Source: Candidatus Woesearchaeota archaeon
GTDB lineage: Archaea; Nanobdellota; Nanobdellia; Woesearchaeales; JAGVYU01
Length of the DNA stretch: 62,815 nt
Direction of reading: 5' to 3'
NCBI GenBank assembly: GCA_043805595.1
Contig: JAZDHV010000027.1
Span: 1 to 62,815 of the forward strand
The notes under the pieces were generated by a model. That model saw nothing but the letters and a program-made list of their open reading frames with translations, was not told the origin of the DNA and searched no databases. Below are positions 58,401 through 62,815 of this stretch, piece by piece. Position 1 is the first letter of the stretch. The number at the start of each line of letters is the position of its first letter. Position numbers and translations under genes: made by a program.

Positions 58401-58496
58401 TATAATCCCTCATAGACTACCTGTGGCGAAGGCGTCTGACTAGGACGGATTCGACAGTGAGGGACGAAAGCCAGGGGAGCGAACCGGATTAGATAC

Positions 58497-58599
58497 GGGA
58501 GATTTTGAGATTTCTGGAATTAACTCGGAAAGATTCGTTATACTACTAAGTACGAGTTGATGAAATTAATCTAAACAATCATTATCTTCTCGCTAATGA
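58497..58599 (+). other. putative 103-nt intron in 16S
   Basis: Splits the universally conserved GGATTAGATAC|CCGAGTAGTCC block. Confidence 0.65.
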
Positions 58600-58702
58600 C
58601 CCGAGTAGTCCTGGCTGTAAACGCTGCGAGCAAGGTGTTGCATATTCTTCGTGAATGTGCAGTATCGAAGAGAAGTCGTTAAGCTCGCCGCCTGGGAAGT
58701 AT

Positions 58703-58754
<52 letters not shown>

Positions 58755-59173
58755 CGGCGTGCGGTTTAATCTAATTCAACGCAGAGAATCTCACCAGAGG
58801 CGACGGCAGGATGAAGGTCAGATTGAATGTTTTACCTAACGAGCCGAGAGGTAGTGCATGGCCGCCGTCAGCTCGTGCCGTAAGGTGTCCAGTTAAGTCT
58901 GGTAACGAGCGAGACCTGTATCTATAATTGCTAACGACTCATTTGAGGATTGAGTACATTATAGGGACTGCCTTGGAAACAAGGAGGAAGGCGCAGGCAA
59001 CGGTAGGTCTGTATGCTCCGAATCTTCTGGGCAACACGCGCGCAACAATGGTAAGGACACTGGGATGCTACTCTGAAAAGAGAAGCCAAACTCGAAACCT
59101 TATCCAAGTCCAGATCGAGGACTGTAACTCGTCCTCGTGACGATGGAATCCCTAGTAATCGTGTTTCAACATA

Positions 59174-59221
<48 letters not shown>

Positions 59222-59296
59222 ACCGAGCAGGGTTTAGATGAGTATCAGCCTATTAGCTGGTCCGAATCTAAGCTCAGTGAGGTGGGTTAAGTCGTC

Positions 59297-59339
<43 letters not shown>

Positions 59340-59428
59340 TATTTTTTTTTCGAAAGAAAAAAAGTTAAGAAATCTCATTGATTTCTGTGAAATTTTGTGC
59401 AAATAAACACATTTTGGAATTAGGTTAA

Positions 59429-59445
59429 ATTTCTACTCTTAATTC
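59429..59445 (+). other. 3' strand of the 16S processing stem
   Basis: Complementary to 57642-57658. Confidence 0.7.
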
Positions 59446-59461
59446 TTCATAATCATATTTT

Positions 59462-59608
59462 GGGCCTGTAGCTCAGTCCGGTAGAGCATCGCCCTTGCAA
59501 GGAAAAGATCGGCCCTTTGTCGTTTCATTCCTAAGTGAGGCGGGGGTCTCGGGTTCGAAACCTGAGCTCACCAAAATGAGCTTTAGGACGAAAGTCCCGA
59601 CGGGTCCA
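59462..59608 (+). tRNA. tRNA-Ala(UGC) in the rRNA spacer, two introns (37/38 region and 59/60)
   Basis: Acceptor GGGCCTG/CGGGTCC with G3-U70. Loop CTTGCA[intron]A. T-arm TCGGG-TTCGAA[intron]T-CCCGA. Confidence 0.85.
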
Positions 59609-60353
59609 TAATTTTTATTGAGATCACAGTGGAACTGAAATAATTAATAGGTTCATTGAAAAATTATGGACCTAAGAAAATTCATGAAATGAATTTTCTG
59701 TCGGTCCCTAACAACCTAGAAAATATTGTTTGACAATTTTTTTGTTGGTCCATGTGTTTAATTATAAATTAAATATCACATAAATCACACTCATTTAATC
59801 GACAAGAATCATTAAGTAAGACTTTTTGGTTCTTTGGTGAAGACAGATATTCCCGTATCATGTTAATGAAGCCAATCATAGGCGATTGTTGAAATAGACG
59901 TTATTAGGTGGATGACTTGGCTCTATTGCTGATGAAGGATGTGACAAGCTACATTATGCTTTGGCGAGGCGCAAGTTGCCATTGAACCAAAGATTTCCGA
60001 ATGAGACTTCTCTTCAGATCCGTAAGGATGGGGAACGCAGTGAATTGAAACGTCTTAGTAACTGCAGGAAAAGAAATCAATTGAGATGTTGTTAGTAGGA
60101 GCGACCGAAAACAACGAAAGGCAAACTGAATCCTTCATAGAAATATGAAGGAGATGTGGTGTTTTAAGACCTTTTTTTAATCTTCATTAAGCGATTGGAA
60201 CTATCCTGGAATGGTAGGCCTTAGAGGGTGATAGCCCCTTACAAGTAGCTTAGAAAGATGTAAAGGTATCTTGAGTACTGTTCATTGGATATTGAGCAGG
60301 AATTTGGGAGGCATTAACTTCCAACCTTAAATACACATAGAGTCCGATAGATT

Positions 60354-60384
<31 letters not shown>

Positions 60385-62183
60385 CCTTTGCGGGGATTTA
60401 AAAGACCCTGAAACCTAATAACCATAGTGTGATACTGCTCTTCGGAGTTGTATCGTGCGTTTCGAATAACGTGCCAGGGAGTTTATCTGAGTGGCAAGGA
60501 TAATCTTTTTAGAGAGTATCCGCAGCGAAAGCAATAATTCCGCAGCTTGCGAGGGATAAGGTATTAACGTGCCTATAGTCACTTGGATATGACCCGAAGC
60601 CAATCGATCTATCCCTTGGTAGGATGAAGTGGAGGTAAAACTCTGTGGAGGTCCGAAGAGGTGCTACGTGCAAGTGTTCTTCTAACTTTGGGATAGGGGT
60701 GAAAAGCCAATCGAGATTGGTCATAGCTGGTTCCTACCAAAATTGGCTGTAGTCAAGCCTTGAATGAGATTTCTAGGAGGGTAGAGCTACGGATTGAGGA
60801 TTTAGGCTCCGAAAGGTGTCGGTCTTTTGTCCAACTCCGAATATTCTAGAATCGTAGATTTCAGGAAACGGGGGCTCGGGGTAAGCTTGAGTCCCAAGAG
60901 GGGAACAACCCAGACTATAGTTAAGGTCCCAAAATGTCAGCTAAGTGCGAAAGGGTTAAGAGTATCCATATCCTAAGACAGCGAGGAGGTTGGCTTAGAA
61001 GCAGCCATCCTTTAAAAAGTGTGTAACAACTTACTTGTCAAGGTTATGGGTCTCGAAGATGGACGGGGCTAAGTTGACTACCGATACTATAGACCATCCA
61101 AAAGATGTGTGGTAGGTAGGCCTCCTGTTAGGGTAGAAGCTTCTCAGAGATGAGGGGTGGACCTTTCAGGAAAGAATATCCTGGTGAGAGTAAGATCAAA
61201 GCAGCGTGAGAATCGCTGTCACCGTAGGGGCAAGGGTTCCTTGACAATGTCGATCAGTCAAGGGTTAGTAAGTCCTAACTAATCTCATAACTTGAGATAA
61301 TGAGGAATGGGAAAAAGGTTAATATTCCTTTACTGTTCAAGTATGTGCGGCGACGCAAGTCTTGTTTCAGACGCTTTGGAATAGGCTAACACAAATTGTC
61401 GTTTGTGTCAATTAGGATAAATCAAAGGAGTATCATAATGATGAGAATTTGATTAAACCTAAGATGAGTACCATGTATGTGGTATTTAGCTGATTTCTGG
61501 AGCCCGTGAAAATGGAACATGAAAAAATCTTGAATAACTATACCCAGAACCAGCACTGGTGCCCCTGGGTCAGAAGCCCAAGGTGTGAAGGATTAATTCG
61601 TTTAAGGGAATTCGGCAAATTAGCCTCGAGTCTTCGGTATAAGAGGTCCCTGCTGCTGTCGCTTTTCGCTGCGGTTGCAGGGTGCAATAACAAAGATGGT
61701 CCGACTGTTTAACAAAAACTTAACTTTCTGCTAGCCTGTAAAGGTGTGTATAGAAAGTGACGTCTGCCCAGTGCCTGTAATTCAAAGTCCTTTTCAAGGG
61801 ACCTAAGATCAGGTAAACGGCGGGGGTAACTATAACTCTCTTAAGGTAGCGTAATACCTTGCCGATTGAATGTCGGCTTGCATGAATGGCGTAACGAGAT
61901 CGTCGCTGTCCCTAGACGAAATCCTCCGAACACTCTTTTCCGGTGCAAAAGCCGGAGTTTTCCAGTGGGAAGTGAAGACCCCGTGAAACTTTACTGTAGC
62001 TTGTTGTTGCGATGTGAGTTTTATTGTATAGTGTAAGTGGGAGCCGCTAAAGCTTAGACGCTAGTTTGAGTGTAGGCAACAATGTAACACCACTCTTTAA
62101 AAATTACATCGCTTACTTAGTAAATCTAAGGACATCAATTGGTGGACAGTTTGGCTGGGGTGGCACTCCGCTGAAAAGATATC

Positions 62184-62213
62184 AAATTGCTTCATGCAGT
62201 TTGTCTTTATATC
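62184..62213 (+). other. putative micro-insertion of about 30 nt in 23S
   Basis: CTCCGCTGAAAAGATATC[...]AGCGGAGCCC. The flanks rejoin into the conserved hairpin, and ATATC is repeated at both borders. Confidence 0.4.
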
Positions 62214-62419
62214 AGCGGAGCCCTAAGGTTGGCTCAACTCGGTCAGAAATCGAGTGTAGAGTGTAAGAGCAAAAGCCAGCCTGATTGGAATTGTAATAAT
62301 ATCAATTCCAAATGCGAAAGCATGGTCTAGCGAACCCCTATACCTCCTTAATGGGGGTTAGGGATGACAGAAAAGTTACTCCGGGGATAACAGAGTTGTC
62401 GCGCCTGAGAGCTCATATC

Positions 62420-62450
62420 TGATTCAGTTAATTCTGTTTCAGAGAGTTTA
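62420..62450 (+). other. putative micro-insertion of about 31 nt in 23S
   Basis: Splits the conserved GAGCTCATATC|GACGGCGCGG block. ATC is repeated at both borders. Confidence 0.45.
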
Positions 62451-62815
62451 TCGACGGCGCGGCTTGCTACATCGATGTCGGCTCTTCCTATCCTGGTCGT
62501 GCAGAAGTACACCGAGTGAAACGAGCGTGTGCTCAGTAACTCGTGTTACTGTTTGCGGCCAAGGGTGGGGGTGTTCACCCATTAAAAGGGATCGTGAGCT
62601 GGGTTCAGAACGTCGTGAGACAGTTTGTTCAATATCTGCTAGGAGTGTTAAGTATCTGATAGGAAGGATCATTTAGTACGAGAGGAACAATGATTCGGAG
62701 CCTCTGGTTTATCAGTTATCTGACAAGGTAAGCTGAGCAGCTACGCTCTAATGGATAACGGCTGAAAGCATCTAAGCCGGAAACCAACCTAGAAAAGAGA
62801 TACTTTAGAGCACTC

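Overview
AT-rich archaeal chromosome segment, probably from a small-genome DPANN-like archaeon (inference from gene content only). The conserved backbone is the archaeal transcription/translation cluster: three tRNAs, then rpoH, a split rpoB (B'' then B'), rpoA', rpoA'', rpl30e, nusA, rps12 and rps7. The right end carries a 16S - tRNA-Ala - 23S rRNA operon, with the 23S truncated by the window edge.

Scattered housekeeping genes:
- Metabolism: nnrD, gdhA, a PFK-family kinase, PGI/PMI, a HAD hydrolase.
- Information processing: Rad50-like ATPase, aIF-1A, S8e, a DEAD-box helicase.
- Envelope and transport: an amino-acid ABC transporter, SppA, LspA.

Between these lie many orphan proteins I cannot assign. 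One is an intracellular-looking subtilase with a coupled small ORF. Another is a coiled-coil protein with a RelE/ParE-like tail. There is also a CoiA-like nuclease cluster.

Main points for follow-up:
1. A five-copy, two-subfamily, hairpin-rich noncoding element of about 160-220 nt built on CCACCAGT/ACTGGTGG palindromes. It is either a candidate IS200/IS605-type non-autonomous element or a structured sRNA family.
2. A second hairpin-module element sits in frame inside a small phosphatase gene that also carries an in-frame TAA.
3. All five tRNA genes contain introns. Four have a bulge-helix-bulge intron at position 59/60 in the T-loop, and several have two or three introns.
4. The 16S and 23S genes carry short intron-like insertions at conserved sites.
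5. An endonuclease-III-like gene has a displaced 5' fragment about 3 kb upstream. The two copies bracket an MNT/HEPN pair and a PEP-utilizer-domain gene, which looks like an integration scar.

I saw no CRISPR array, integrase, transposase or reverse transcriptase. All homology calls rest on motif recognition by eye, not on searches.
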